The notes below the pieces were generated by a model. It did not search any database. It was not told the DNA's origin and saw only the letters and a list, made by a program, of their open reading frames with translations. Shown in pieces: positions 9,667-20,104 of a DNA stretch of 64,000 nucleotides. Positions within the stretch are counted from its first letter, which is position 1, and the number at the start of each line of letters is the position of its first letter. Source of the stretch: a virus; the IMG/VR virus record IMGVR_UViG_3300035501_000778, positions 3,717 through 67,716 of that record; one strand, 5' to 3'. The translations under genes and the position numbers were made by a program.

Positions 9667-11766
9667 TTAAATGAAGTACACGCTCACCGTCGCCATGCCC
9701 ATGCCGTTCTTGTCGGCATCGTAACTCACGGAGTTCAGCAGGCAGCGCTTGCCGTCTATCTCATACCACTTGTCCCATTGTATCTGCGCTATCACACTGG
9801 GGTCCATCTCCATCACGTATTCCACTTCCTTGCGGTTCTTCATGAAGTGTAGATACTCGAACAGGAATTGAGGCACAAGCCCTCGGTTGGGCAGGATGCC
9901 TGTGGGATTGTTATTATATACTTCATCACCTTTCAACACGACTCCGTTCTCTGCTTTGGTCAAACAGCTGGTGTCAAGGTTCTGCTTGCAGTTCCACAGT
10001 TTCAAGGAGATATATTCATTGAGGTCTACACCCGTACCTTCGTCGGTGCCGTTGTAGTCATACAGTTCTCCGGTTGCCGTCACACTATCTGCGGTAACGG
10101 TGGTGGTGGAAATGGTGCGCACCCATTCGTTATTGCCGAATCCATCTACATTGGTGGTTATTTCTGTGTATCCCTCCGAGAGACTTCCGTCTGGTGTGGT
10201 TCGCAAGATACCTAAGATGAAACCGTTGTCATTCTCCAGTAGGTCTGATACGTATTCATGTACATAAGAAGTGTAGGATATGGTATCTCTCTTCCCGTAG
10301 TCAAGGTGTATGTAATCCAAATCTACATCTACATAGAAGGCTTCATTGGGCTTCACAAAGTCAGCTTGCGTAAGCACACCACTGGTAGTAGTGGGAATAA
10401 TGGGCGTAAATGATAAAGTCGTTTCTTCCGGATCGTCAACGTCAACACCTATGCCTTCCACTTCGTATGGAAGGAATTGAGCCACCTCAAAAAGTTCTGC
10501 GTTTGTGTAAGAACTGGAGTCTACTTTTACACGATAATAGTTTCCAGTCACTTGGTCGATGCGTAGCTTGGTATCTTCGTCATTGCTTGAATTATAGGAT
10601 TTTAACACTTGGGTATAGCCATCGTAAAGCTGTACATTGGTGTAATCGTCGTATTCAAATTCATCCCCACTCGATTCGCCATAAGCCAATTTGATTCCGT
10701 CGAAGGTGTTGTGTATCTTACTCACGCTCTCTACCATACCATGGACAAGATGAGTTGGCTTCTCTTTGCTACGGAATATGTCACGCAGTAAGATAAAACG
10801 TGTAGTGTTGTTATTGTCTTCAAAGAGAATACGTAAACCAAATGCGTTCTTTAGTGAATCGATAAAGTCGCTAACGGATATTCCGTCTGGCAAGTTATCA
10901 GAGCCACAGACAATAGGACCTTGCTTATAGTAGTATCCTTCCTTTCTAAGCTCTCCCTGGTTGTCTATGATTTCTGTCCAATCTTCTTTATAGTCGGTAA
11001 ATTTCCAATCGAAATCGCAGTTTGTGTTAACAATAATAAGTCGCTTAAAATCTTCTAAGACGAGAGATTTGAAAACATTCTCTTCATTGTACACATATCC
11101 TGCTGTATGAAAGATTTTCTTTAATACGTAGAGCACATAGAGATTTGGCGATGACGCATTTCTGTAAGCACTCAATAAGGTCGGATAAGCATCTTCATCG
11201 CTATCATAGCTCTTCTTAATGTTTACGATAATGGGTATATTGCAATAGTTGGCTGCTGGATAAATCTTGTCGGTGTTAATGTTTAGTTTAATGGTATCTT
11301 CGCCTCGCTCATCCCAATATCCACGCTCGTATTCAGCCATATCGCTGATATAGTTTACCTCGTTGTATTCGAGTTTCGAACCAATCTCACAGTCTGAATA
11401 GTCAAGGTCGCGCAACTCCAATCCATCTATTTCGTCGTTGAAGGATCCCGTGCTTGCTCTCAACTCCATCTCCACCGTATCGTCATCCAAGTCTATCTCA
11501 TCGCTCGTGCATACGGCATTCCCGAACAGCACTCCATATCCGTTAATATACAACTCGAATCGTTCCTTAAAGCATTTCAAGTTCACGTCGCTCTCTGCCA
11601 CCTCGGCGGCATTGAATAGGTGTTTGTTGGCGGTGTACGGCAGGGTGAAGGGATACGAGAAGTCGCCACTGTCGTTCCACAGCGGACTGGTCATTTCGAT
11701 ACTGATGCTGGTGTCGGGGCTTAACGTACACCATTGGTCTTTGATTTTCAGCTGCAACTTATCCAT
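9667..11766 (-). CDS. Minor tail/baseplate-hub-like protein
   Basis: N-terminal SISIEMTSPLW..GDFSYPFTLP and central FIDSLKNAFGL patterns recalled from Bacteroidota siphophage tail proteins; late-type promoter upstream. Confidence 0.6.
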   Translation of the reverse strand: MDKLQLKIKDQWCTLSPDTSISIEMTSPLWNDSGDFSYPFTLPYTANKHLFNAAEVAESDVNLKCFKERFELYINGYGVLFGNAVCTSDEIDLDDDTVEMELRASTGSFNDEIDGLELRDLDYSDCEIGSKLEYNEVNYISDMAEYERGYWDERGEDTIKLNINTDKIYPAANYCNIPIIVNIKKSYDSDEDAYPTLLSAYRNASSPNLYVLYVLKKIFHTAGYVYNEENVFKSLVLEDFKRLIIVNTNCDFDWKFTDYKEDWTEIIDNQGELRKEGYYYKQGPIVCGSDNLPDGISVSDFIDSLKNAFGLRILFEDNNNTTRFILLRDIFRSKEKPTHLVHGMVESVSKIHNTFDGIKLAYGESSGDEFEYDDYTNVQLYDGYTQVLKSYNSSNDEDTKLRIDQVTGNYYRVKVDSSSYTNAELFEVAQFLPYEVEGIGVDVDDPEETTLSFTPIIPTTTSGVLTQADFVKPNEAFYVDVDLDYIHLDYGKRDTISYTSYVHEYVSDLLENDNGFILGILRTTPDGSLSEGYTEITTNVDGFGNNEWVRTISTTTVTADSVTATGELYDYNGTDEGTGVDLNEYISLKLWNCKQNLDTSCLTKAENGVVLKGDEVYNNNPTGILPNRGLVPQFLFEYLHFMKNRKEVEYVMEMDPSVIAQIQWDKWYEIDGKRCLLNSVSYDADKNGMGMATVSVYFI

Positions 11767-11886
11767 GTCTTTTCCTTTTATCTTTCGCAAATTTAATCGC
11801 TCTCACTGCGAAAATAAAGGACGGAATAATTATCCTTTATCGCCCGCTGTTTTGCACGTAACTTCGTGTCTATAAGTAATTACGAT

Positions 11887-13686
11887 ATGAGTAAAAAGAA
11901 TAAGACGTTAGATAATATTCGCTCTCAAGTACAGAAACTTCAGAGCGAGGGCTTCGAGCCATTGGGTATGTCTTACACGGATAAGGAGGGAAACGTCTTC
12001 CCTTCTATGGGTATGCCCGAGTTTACTTCTTTTCCTGCGTCGGACCATACGGATAAGACGTTGGATAACATCCGCCGTGGACGCAACCCTGCCGACTATT
12101 CCCGCGAACTGTTTGAGTTTCGCCCGAACGCGGCGCTCAAGGAGGGCGACCCGCTCTTCCGGCAGACGGTGATCCCGATTGTCTATAACAACGTGGGCAC
12201 GCCGGGTAAGGGCTACATTCCTTGGGGACCGGAGAATAATCTCCCTAACTTTATCTTCAACACGGGTTACTCTAATCCGTATATCGGCCGCTCGTTGCAG
12301 TTCATGCGCGACGAGATTACGGGCCTCGGGGTGGAGTTTGTCTACCGTTGGTCACGCTATTCTGCGGGCACGGTCATTACATCGGAGGTGCCTTACTCCG
12401 AGGCGGGCGCACTGATTCGTGGGCGCATCGCGGAACTGCAACAGTCTTTGGGTATCGCCTCGCCCGATGGTAATAGCAACGAGGTGGTCAACATGATTAA
12501 CTTCGACGGCTCTGTGCCTGCTCCCAAGCCTGGCTCTCCGCAGTATGAACTTGATAGGCTCTACGAGGATTATGCCACATGGGAACGGGTCAACCAGGAG
12601 GTCAGTGAGTTTTGTCGTAACAACAATATCTACAAACACGAGCTGGCTTGCATGACGGACTTCGTGGCTATGGAGATGTACTATCCCTTGATTGGCCTTT
12701 CACGCGGGGAACCTGGCAAGGATTGGGACCCGAAAATTGTCTCTATCCGCCAAATTCCTTGTGTCGCTGCGCGCGTCGAGGAAATGGACGAGAAGCGTAT
12801 CTCGCGCCATGTCTACTACTCGGACCGCTGGCGCTCTAATGCTTCGGGCTACACGGGACTGGTCCCCGAACTCAACGAGGTGGTGGCTTATCCTTCGCTG
12901 CCCGAGACGAACCCGATTGGCGAACTCCGTGCCGTGGTGCGCAAGAAACGAAAGGTGGGTGTCCGCTCGCGCCCTACCTGGTTCTGCATCCCTCGCCGTA
13001 TGCCGGCAATGAACGCGCTCTACTATACGCGCCCTACTTGGTGGTCGGTCTATACGTCACAGATTTATGAGTATGCCAGCACGCTGATTGCTGACCGTGC
13101 TGCGGCTCGCCGTAACTCTACGATGTGGGGCAAGATTATCATGATCAACCATGAGTATCTTGCTTCGCTTTGGGCAGCTAACGGCTGTGTCGACGAGGAA
13201 TCCAAGATGGCGTTCCGCAAGAAGTTGAAGGGGAATATCGACGACTTCCTCCGCAATCGTAACAACAACGGCGCTACGGTGATGTTTGAATCGGTGGTCT
13301 CTCCCAACGGTAATGAGATGTGGGATTCGGTCCGCATCATCGACGTGCCTTTCGCGGATAAGCAGGTCACGCAGGCGAACAAGACGGAACTCTCCGAAAT
13401 CTCTAACGTGATTTTCCTCGCCATGGGTATGCACTCGCTCTTGATGGGTAACGAGATTGCAGCAGCGGCTACGGGTGGCACGGCACAGCGCGAACTCGAC
13501 TTGCTCAAACAGAAGCAACTCTCGCCCATGCAGAAGGATTACCTGGACTTCCTTACGTTCATCCGCGATTGGAACGATTGGGATACGGCGCACGGCGCTT
13601 GGCGCTCTCGCCAGATGTCGCTCACTACACTCGACGCCAGCAAGACGGGTACCACCATCGTCGATGGCAGTGGCGAGAAGGTCTGA
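11887..13686 (+). CDS. Portal protein
   Basis: YIPWGPENNLPN, YYTRPTW, IFLAMGMHSLLMG, GGTAQREL motifs typical of Bacteroides phage portals. Confidence 0.75.
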   Translation: MSKKNKTLDNIRSQVQKLQSEGFEPLGMSYTDKEGNVFPSMGMPEFTSFPASDHTDKTLDNIRRGRNPADYSRELFEFRPNAALKEGDPLFRQTVIPIVYNNVGTPGKGYIPWGPENNLPNFIFNTGYSNPYIGRSLQFMRDEITGLGVEFVYRWSRYSAGTVITSEVPYSEAGALIRGRIAELQQSLGIASPDGNSNEVVNMINFDGSVPAPKPGSPQYELDRLYEDYATWERVNQEVSEFCRNNNIYKHELACMTDFVAMEMYYPLIGLSRGEPGKDWDPKIVSIRQIPCVAARVEEMDEKRISRHVYYSDRWRSNASGYTGLVPELNEVVAYPSLPETNPIGELRAVVRKKRKVGVRSRPTWFCIPRRMPAMNALYYTRPTWWSVYTSQIYEYASTLIADRAAARRNSTMWGKIIMINHEYLASLWAANGCVDEESKMAFRKKLKGNIDDFLRNRNNNGATVMFESVVSPNGNEMWDSVRIIDVPFADKQVTQANKTELSEISNVIFLAMGMHSLLMGNEIAAAATGGTAQRELDLLKQKQLSPMQKDYLDFLTFIRDWNDWDTAHGAWRSRQMSLTTLDASKTGTTIVDGSGEKV

Positions 13687-13699
13687 CCCTTCGCATTAA

Positions 13700-13810
13700 A
13701 TGATTATATAATCATATTGCATTTATAATCAAATAATCATTTTGAATATATTGCATTTATGATTATATAATCATATAACATTTTTAATCATATTATATTT
13801 TTAATCAAAT
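13700..13810. repeat. ATGATTA/TAATCAT array (parS-like)
   Basis: Several TAATCA cores at ~17-bp spacing. Confidence 0.75.
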
Positions 13811-13840
13811 AATAGTTTTCATTCAATCAATCAACGGCTT

Positions 13841-14389
13841 ATGAAATTTACCATGTTTGATTTCACGGAGCATTGGGCCAGTATCTACAAGCCCATCCAT
13901 CACGATATGACTCCTTCCGCTCCCAAGGCTCGCAAGCGCTTTTTCTATATCGACAGTTTTGGCAAGCTGGCTAACTTGGCCAAGGAACTGCCTTCGCTCG
14001 ATGGCCCCTTCGTGGCGATGGAGAGTAACTTGGCGGGTAATATCGGCTTGCGTTTCATCCAACCTGAATACTCGGTCTACTTCTTTGTGCAAGCGAAACC
14101 TAAGATGCAGGGCAACGACGCGGCGGATGTCTATGCCAAGGAGGAAGCGATGCGCCATGCGATGGCTTATATTCAGTATATACGTGAGCAGCAGCGTATC
14201 CATGAAAATGATATGGACACTCCACTCATGGGCATGGATACGGAGGGGATTCGTTTCGAAACCTTCGGACCTTCTTACAACCGCTGGTATTGTGTGGGTA
14301 TCTCGCTCATGGAGAATATGAAGATGTCTCGCTGTGTCAACGCGGAGGATTACTTGACGGACGACCTGGACTATAATTGCGAGGTATGA
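13841..14389 (+). CDS. Hypothetical, possibly tail-completion protein
   Basis: 182 aa, downstream of portal. Confidence 0.6.
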   Translation: MKFTMFDFTEHWASIYKPIHHDMTPSAPKARKRFFYIDSFGKLANLAKELPSLDGPFVAMESNLAGNIGLRFIQPEYSVYFFVQAKPKMQGNDAADVYAKEEAMRHAMAYIQYIREQQRIHENDMDTPLMGMDTEGIRFETFGPSYNRWYCVGISLMENMKMSRCVNAEDYLTDDLDYNCEV

Positions 14390-15351
14390 AAGAAATTGCT
14401 TTGCCTGCGCTCCCTAAGCGCTGGGATGATTTGACACCGAAACAGATGGTGCAGCTCAATCACCTGCGCCGTACTAAAGGCTCGTCGGTTGCGCTCTTCC
14501 TCTATCATGCGCTCTTGTTCTTGATGCAGCTCCGTCGCACGGGCGATATGCAGTTTGCAAAGAACAAGATGATATATTACGAGTTTGTCTTGACCAAGGA
14601 TGAGAAACCTGTCAGCGAGCCGTTCATGTTGTCCGACGAGGATATCTTGCAAATCAACGACCAGCATCTGAAATGGTTGCTCGAGGATAGCGACCGCTTG
14701 CAGGATGTGTTTCCAAAGGTGACACTGGAGGGGATTGACTTTACTTCTCCTGGGTATGCCATGTCGGGAATGTCTTACCAGCAGTTCCAATTCGCACAGA
14801 AGTATATGCAGGCTTATCATCGGGTCACTACGCGGTTGTTCCGCGAGGTCAAGGAGCATCCCAATGAACCGGAGTCTTACTTCGAGAAGTGGATGGAGCA
14901 GCGCGAGGAAATGCGTTGCCGGCTCATGGCTTGCATCTTCACACCTGCTACTCGCGTCGCCTCCAAGATGGTGGACGGCAAGCAGATTGTCTTCGACCCT
15001 CCGATGGTGGACTATGTATTCTCGACCAAGCAGATTGAACTTCACGCACGGTGCTTCCATCAGTTCTCCGAGGATGAATCCGACGCGGTGATTCAGCACT
15101 TCGCGGGGGTCATGAAGTATTACCGCAAGATTTTCCCCTTGTTGTTCAAGGAGGGCGAGGGCGGTGAGTCGGACATGATCCGTGCCGAGGAAAGCACGCT
15201 CAATGCGTTGCAGGATAAACTGCGGTTCTCCAACTATCAAACGATTTACGATTCCAACGCGCCGTTCATCCTTGGTAAGCTACACGCCATTATCAAGGAG
15301 GCGAAGGACATCGAGAACGCACAACTCCGCATGAAGTCTAAGCGTCGCTGA
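14386..15351 (+). CDS. Hypothetical protein
   Basis: ATGA overlap with upstream gene; LPKRWDDLT N-terminus. Confidence 0.7.
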   Translation: MKEIALPALPKRWDDLTPKQMVQLNHLRRTKGSSVALFLYHALLFLMQLRRTGDMQFAKNKMIYYEFVLTKDEKPVSEPFMLSDEDILQINDQHLKWLLEDSDRLQDVFPKVTLEGIDFTSPGYAMSGMSYQQFQFAQKYMQAYHRVTTRLFREVKEHPNEPESYFEKWMEQREEMRCRLMACIFTPATRVASKMVDGKQIVFDPPMVDYVFSTKQIELHARCFHQFSEDESDAVIQHFAGVMKYYRKIFPLLFKEGEGGESDMIRAEESTLNALQDKLRFSNYQTIYDSNAPFILGKLHAIIKEAKDIENAQLRMKSKRR

Positions 15352-15496
15352 CGCGCAGGGCTATCTCTGTGATTTAGCCTATTTTATATTGGTGATTCTT
15401 GATTCTTAAATTTCCGTAAACTTAAAGCCGATATGAAACTGATTCGATTTCTTTTTCATACCTTTGCAGTGCTTAACAACGAACGGATGATTAGTG

Positions 15497-16831
15497 ATGA
15501 AGAACCTAAACCAAAAGTATAAATACGGCACAATTCCGGTATCTACGTTGCGCGCGGGGGCAAGTATTCTTTATGGCCACTTGCTGATGTGCGAGATTAT
15601 GATGGCGGACTTGACGCAGAAATATGTAATGCGCCTCTCCAATGAGTTGGCCGAAGAGGGCTTGGCTAAACACCTCTACAAACAACTGGCCAATAAGATG
15701 TTGGCGGTGACACGCGACCTCAAGAAGCGATGCGATGACCATGACTCGGAATTGGTTGTCGGATTCACCATGGAAACATGGCCTATGCTGGTCAATGAAT
15801 ATTACGAGAAGGGGGGCACGGTCACGCAGCGCCTTCAGTGGATGTTCAACAAACGCTGTGGCAATCTGATGACGATGATGTTCGTGGCTTGCAAGGACAC
15901 GGTGGACCGCGATAAACTGCCTCACTCGTCGTTGGTGGCGGACTGCATGATGGTGCTCCATCTGGCGCAGTCGTCCATCGACTTGTACGATTTCATCGTG
16001 AGCAAGATTCAATCCATGCTGGGTGGCGCAATGCGTATTATCAAGAGTAATCATAACGAGCAGATGCGTGGCTATGCCAAGGAGATGCTCCGCTTGCTGA
16101 CTCGCGACGCAAAGGTGTCTGAAAAGGAAGGACTGCGTATTCGGGATTTGGTGGAGAAGTTCTATAAGGACCTTACGTCCGAAAGCCTGCTCTCTGCGAT
16201 TGATGATAGTATCGCGGATATGCGCAATGATTATGGGCGGTTCGTCATCGCTACGCTGGCTCTCCGTGTCCGTCAGCATACGCTGTCGCTGCGCGACCTG
16301 CGTTTCCTTATGGCGCGCTTGGGCACGTTCGCCAACACTCGGCAGTTCGTTTCGGAACTTCGTTCTTTGCAGTTCGATTTCGAGGCGGACCCGATGGATG
16401 TCACGGATGAACTTCCTATCTCCGAGGATGCCACTCCGCTGTTGCATCAGTTCCTGGTGCTCTGCTTCGACGGCAAGCGGATTGAGGTGACCGAGGAACC
16501 CGAGGCGGTGGTGCGTGCCCGCGAACTTCGGCAGGAGGCTCGCGCCAATGGTGGACGGCTACCCGAAGGCTCGCTCGTCCAACTCTATCGAGAGCGGGGT
16601 ACCAAACGGGCTGTCGATGAACTGCTGGCTGCTGCCGGACCGGAACTCGATGCGTCGCGCCGTGCGTTCCGCAAGTTAAGTGTATCAGCGTATAAAACGA
16701 AATCAAAACAGAATGAACGAAACAATAAAACAGATAATGGAATCCCAGGTGGACAGCTACAACGCCATAGTCAAATACTTGGCAGAGCGCGAAGGGATTG
16801 GGGTATGGCAGTATCAGGACTGCCCCTATAA
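15497..16831 (+). CDS. Hypothetical helical protein
   Basis: Long ORF with TACCTTTG promoter at ~15459. Confidence 0.7.
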   Translation: MKNLNQKYKYGTIPVSTLRAGASILYGHLLMCEIMMADLTQKYVMRLSNELAEEGLAKHLYKQLANKMLAVTRDLKKRCDDHDSELVVGFTMETWPMLVNEYYEKGGTVTQRLQWMFNKRCGNLMTMMFVACKDTVDRDKLPHSSLVADCMMVLHLAQSSIDLYDFIVSKIQSMLGGAMRIIKSNHNEQMRGYAKEMLRLLTRDAKVSEKEGLRIRDLVEKFYKDLTSESLLSAIDDSIADMRNDYGRFVIATLALRVRQHTLSLRDLRFLMARLGTFANTRQFVSELRSLQFDFEADPMDVTDELPISEDATPLLHQFLVLCFDGKRIEVTEEPEAVVRARELRQEARANGGRLPEGSLVQLYRERGTKRAVDELLAAAGPELDASRRAFRKLSVSAYKTKSKQNERNNKTDNGIPGGQLQRHSQILGRARRDWGMAVSGLPL

Positions 16832-17255
16832 GGAACTCCGTTTCCTGCTGCAGGATGCTTACGGTCTCTTCAAGAAGTTTTCGGGTAAGCACTACCTTAC
16901 CGAAAGTCTTACCTCGATAGCATTGCTGGGCTTTGAGTTGCTCAACTGGCTTCAGACCATCCAGGATGATCAGCCCAAACCGCTTACGGCATGGGTCGAT
17001 GATATTCTTCGTCCCATCTTTATTCGAAAGAACCACGATTACGGCAATTCTTTCGAGCGGACGATGGATGAGTTTGGCCCCGTCGTGGCTAAGATTCGTA
17101 TCGGCGACAAGGTGAATCGCTTCCTCTTCCTCTCGCGCAATGCGGAGTCCGAGGTCGATATCCGTGTCCTCGACGAGAGTCTCTCGGATACGCTGCTCGA
17201 CTTGTGTAACTACTGCATCCTGTCACTCATGTGGCTGGATAAACAGAAGGATTAA
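16713..17255 (+). CDS. DUF1599 / nucleotide-modification-associated domain protein
   Basis: RKNHDYGNSF, RIGDKVNR, DESLSDTLLDLCNY motifs. Confidence 0.75.
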   Translation: MNETIKQIMESQVDSYNAIVKYLAEREGIGVWQYQDCPYKELRFLLQDAYGLFKKFSGKHYLTESLTSIALLGFELLNWLQTIQDDQPKPLTAWVDDILRPIFIRKNHDYGNSFERTMDEFGPVVAKIRIGDKVNRFLFLSRNAESEVDIRVLDESLSDTLLDLCNYCILSLMWLDKQKD

Positions 17256-17645
17256 GAATATATAGTTTGCCAAGAATGTGATTATATGGTTGTTAGTTAT
17301 TTTTGATTATAATATTCGTGTGCGTTTTTAGAATAATAGGAATTATGTTCAATTAAGGTATTGATTGACAGGATATTACCTAATTGCTACCGACAACAAT
17401 GTCGGGAGCAAACTGTAGCCGAGAGAGGCTATGGGATTTATACGAATCCTCTTCGGTGTCATGCGTGCCGAAGGTTTGAGTATAAGTTGATAATTTTTCA
17501 TATATTATTTTTGGTTTCCTATTTTCGGATAGGAAAAGGCACGGACCATCCGCGAGGCTCGCCCGTGTTCCCTTTTTTTTAACTTAACCCTTAACAGTTG
17601 AAACTTGCTTTTTTGTAATGTTGAACTAAAAAAAGAACGAGGAAC

Positions 17646-17849
17646 TTACTCCTGGGAGTTTGTTCCTCGTTTTATTTTATAATCACTTTGACTCTTTAAA
17701 AACTCTTTTAATTCGGTTATCGCGTGCTGAATACCGTGAAACAGATGTTGCTCTGCTTGATTCTTTGGGGCTACATCGTAATTGGATTGTTTATCCCCCA
17801 TGCAATCACGTACCACATGATCCACATATTCGTCAATGTTTCTTTCCAT
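17646..17849 (-). CDS. Small hypothetical protein
   Basis: 67-aa low-GC ORF with promoter-like TTTGCA upstream. Confidence 0.45.
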   Translation of the reverse strand: MERNIDEYVDHVVRDCMGDKQSNYDVAPKNQAEQHLFHGIQHAITELKEFLKSQSDYKIKRGTNSQE

Positions 17850-17929
17850 AGATATTTTGCTTTTTGTTTTGTGCTGCAAAAATAAGAAACAGTTTCGATA
17901 AAAACAAAATTATCCAATTAAAACTTTGA

Positions 17930-19819
17930 CTAAAACACAGGCATACCAACTTCGCTGAACGCAAAGTCTCTCTTATGGACTCCAATCACCAACTCGTCAA
18001 ATGCGTCGGTAACGTCCGTTCGGTACTGCTTCACGTCGTTCACGATATCCTGGCTGTCTCCGCCATTGTCGCTTGCCACCTTCTGCAATACCAGCTCACC
18101 CGATTCGCTGTCTCGTTTCTCGCCCGATTTGTTTTTCATCGGTCCCGTCTTACCCATCACCTTCGTCGTAGCGCGCATAGCTATCACCAGGTCCGCACAG
18201 TTCTCTGTGTTGATGCGTAACTGAAAGCGGGTCTTACCCGTCATGAAGTCCGCCATCCATTGGAACTTCAGTCCGTGTGCCAACGGCTGGCCTGTGTGAA
18301 TGTTCTGTACATTCCATCCTCTCGCAGTCAGTTCTTCAAACACAATATTATAGAATCGGGTCTTTTCAAAATTTTCGTCCGCATAGTTGCCACCTTGGTT
18401 CGCAGTCGAGTCGTAGTAGTGAATCACGTTGCGGTTCTTCCTGCGCTGTGGCTCGTAGTAATCGCACCACTCCTTACAGAGCGTGCGCAGTCGCTTGCCC
18501 TTCTCCTTCACGTAGCGGGAGGATAATACGTTGATGCAGGGAACCCCGCTCACCTCGTATATCTGTCCGGTCACTACGGCGTTGATGCCCTTGTTCCAGT
18601 CGAAGGCTATACGCAGCGGTTCGTCGGGGCGCACGTCGGTATCAAATCGACAATCGCAAGCGTCGAAGTCATCGCTCACCAACCCTCGCTGTTTCTCTTC
18701 GCGGGTCAAGGGTGTGCGGGTCGTGAAGCTCTCGTAGTCCGCAGCCTCGTAAGCGATGTCTACATTATACCCTCTCCGCTTGTCATAGATATTCTTTCGC
18801 ACAACCGTCATGTTGTCTTCAAGCACGGTCATTTGGCTGGCGCTGCTGGGCAGGTAGCCGTGCTGTCCGTCTGGGTCAAAGAAGAAATAATAGCAGCCAT
18901 CCACCTTGTTCACGCGCTGGTTCAAGATACTCGTGCGAAACACGAAGTCACTAAGGTTCATTTCCATGTCCTTGATGTAGCGGTCGCCCAGAATGTCGAT
19001 GTTCTCCAGCGTCGAGAAGTTGAAGTAAGCCACTGCCCTACTCTGTAAGAACTTTAACCGGCGCAGGAACTTCGGACTCTCTTCGGCCAAGTTGATACCA
19101 TAGTCGTTCGAGATAAGGAAGTCATTCAGCATCTTCACAATCTCTCGGTTGATAGAGTTGGTCTGCAACTTCTCAAACTCTTGCATCCAGGATTGCTTGG
19201 CCGTAATAGGTGCGTCGGATACCAGCAGGTAACTCTTATAGAAGGGGTTCTTTTCACTGTACGCAGGATGATCAAACGTCAACCCTCGTACGGCAGGGAA
19301 TACCTCTTCTCGTACTTTTTCGCCGGGCAGGTATCTCGCTTCGTCCCCGATAAGCGAGACAAGGTTATATGAGTTGGCGGATGCCTTAATCTCCATCGAG
19401 ATGCAATGCCACACGTGGCCGTTGAACCAATAGAGTACGTTACTCCATTCTCTCGGCACCACAAGTGGCTTCTCAAAGTCCAGGTTCTTGGGGGGCTGCC
19501 CGCGAAAGAAATGGGTATTCTCGCGGTAGGGGGTCATACGCTCGATGGCGCAGATAGTGGTTGGCATGGTCTTGGCAAATAACTGCTTGATGCTGTTGCC
19601 CAGGAAGGCGCTCACTCCGCGTGGCATACTCTCACTGATGCGCACGAGACGAGGGGTAATGATAAAGTCGGTCTTGCCTGTCGCGCGTCCAGCTTGCACA
19701 TACTCCTTGTTGGCATTGAAATGATAAGCCAACCATTGGGCACGGTTCATGTATATCTTAATATACTGGTCGTTCGCCGTCCCATTCTCTTCAATCTTCT
19801 GAATATCTATATCGCTCAT
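17930..19819 (-). CDS. terL: Terminase large subunit
   Basis: AGRATGKT Walker A, LIGDEAR Walker B, RIAFDWN and TDVTDAFD nuclease motifs. Confidence 0.85.
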   Translation of the reverse strand: MSDIDIQKIEENGTANDQYIKIYMNRAQWLAYHFNANKEYVQAGRATGKTDFIITPRLVRISESMPRGVSAFLGNSIKQLFAKTMPTTICAIERMTPYRENTHFFRGQPPKNLDFEKPLVVPREWSNVLYWFNGHVWHCISMEIKASANSYNLVSLIGDEARYLPGEKVREEVFPAVRGLTFDHPAYSEKNPFYKSYLLVSDAPITAKQSWMQEFEKLQTNSINREIVKMLNDFLISNDYGINLAEESPKFLRRLKFLQSRAVAYFNFSTLENIDILGDRYIKDMEMNLSDFVFRTSILNQRVNKVDGCYYFFFDPDGQHGYLPSSASQMTVLEDNMTVVRKNIYDKRRGYNVDIAYEAADYESFTTRTPLTREEKQRGLVSDDFDACDCRFDTDVRPDEPLRIAFDWNKGINAVVTGQIYEVSGVPCINVLSSRYVKEKGKRLRTLCKEWCDYYEPQRRKNRNVIHYYDSTANQGGNYADENFEKTRFYNIVFEELTARGWNVQNIHTGQPLAHGLKFQWMADFMTGKTRFQLRINTENCADLVIAMRATTKVMGKTGPMKNKSGEKRDSESGELVLQKVASDNGGDSQDIVNDVKQYRTDVTDAFDELVIGVHKRDFAFSEVGMPVF

Positions 19820-19871
19820 AGGTTAGTCTTTTACCGCAAAACTAACTCCCCCACCCCGCCGAATAAAGGAT

Positions 19872-19903
19872 AAAAAAAGAGCCTTGCCCTTCGGCAAAGC
19901 TCT
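19872..19903 (-). terminator. Intrinsic terminator
   Basis: Minus strand GAGCTTTGCCGAAGGGCAAGGCTC plus T-run. Confidence 0.7.
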
Positions 19904-20012
19904 CCCGATTATACTGTTACATATAAAAGTATGCACAAAACACCTCACGGTGTAGGAAAATGAAGAAAATTGTCAATCGCTTTCGACTGCAAATATACTA
20001 CTTTTCCATTAA

Positions 20013-20096
20013 ATGATTAAATAATCATATAACATTTATAATCATATAACATATTTAATCATATTATATTTATAATCATATTGCATTTATAATCAT
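20013..20096. repeat. 17-bp-period TAATCAT array (parS-like)
   Basis: Five TAATCAT cores at 17-bp period. Confidence 0.8.
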
Positions 20097-20104
20097 AAAA
20101 CACA

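Noticed and set aside
16713-16831. 119-nt overlap of two + strand genes as a programmed frameshift
   Set aside because: No clear slippery site; a lost stop codon or simple overlap is sufficient
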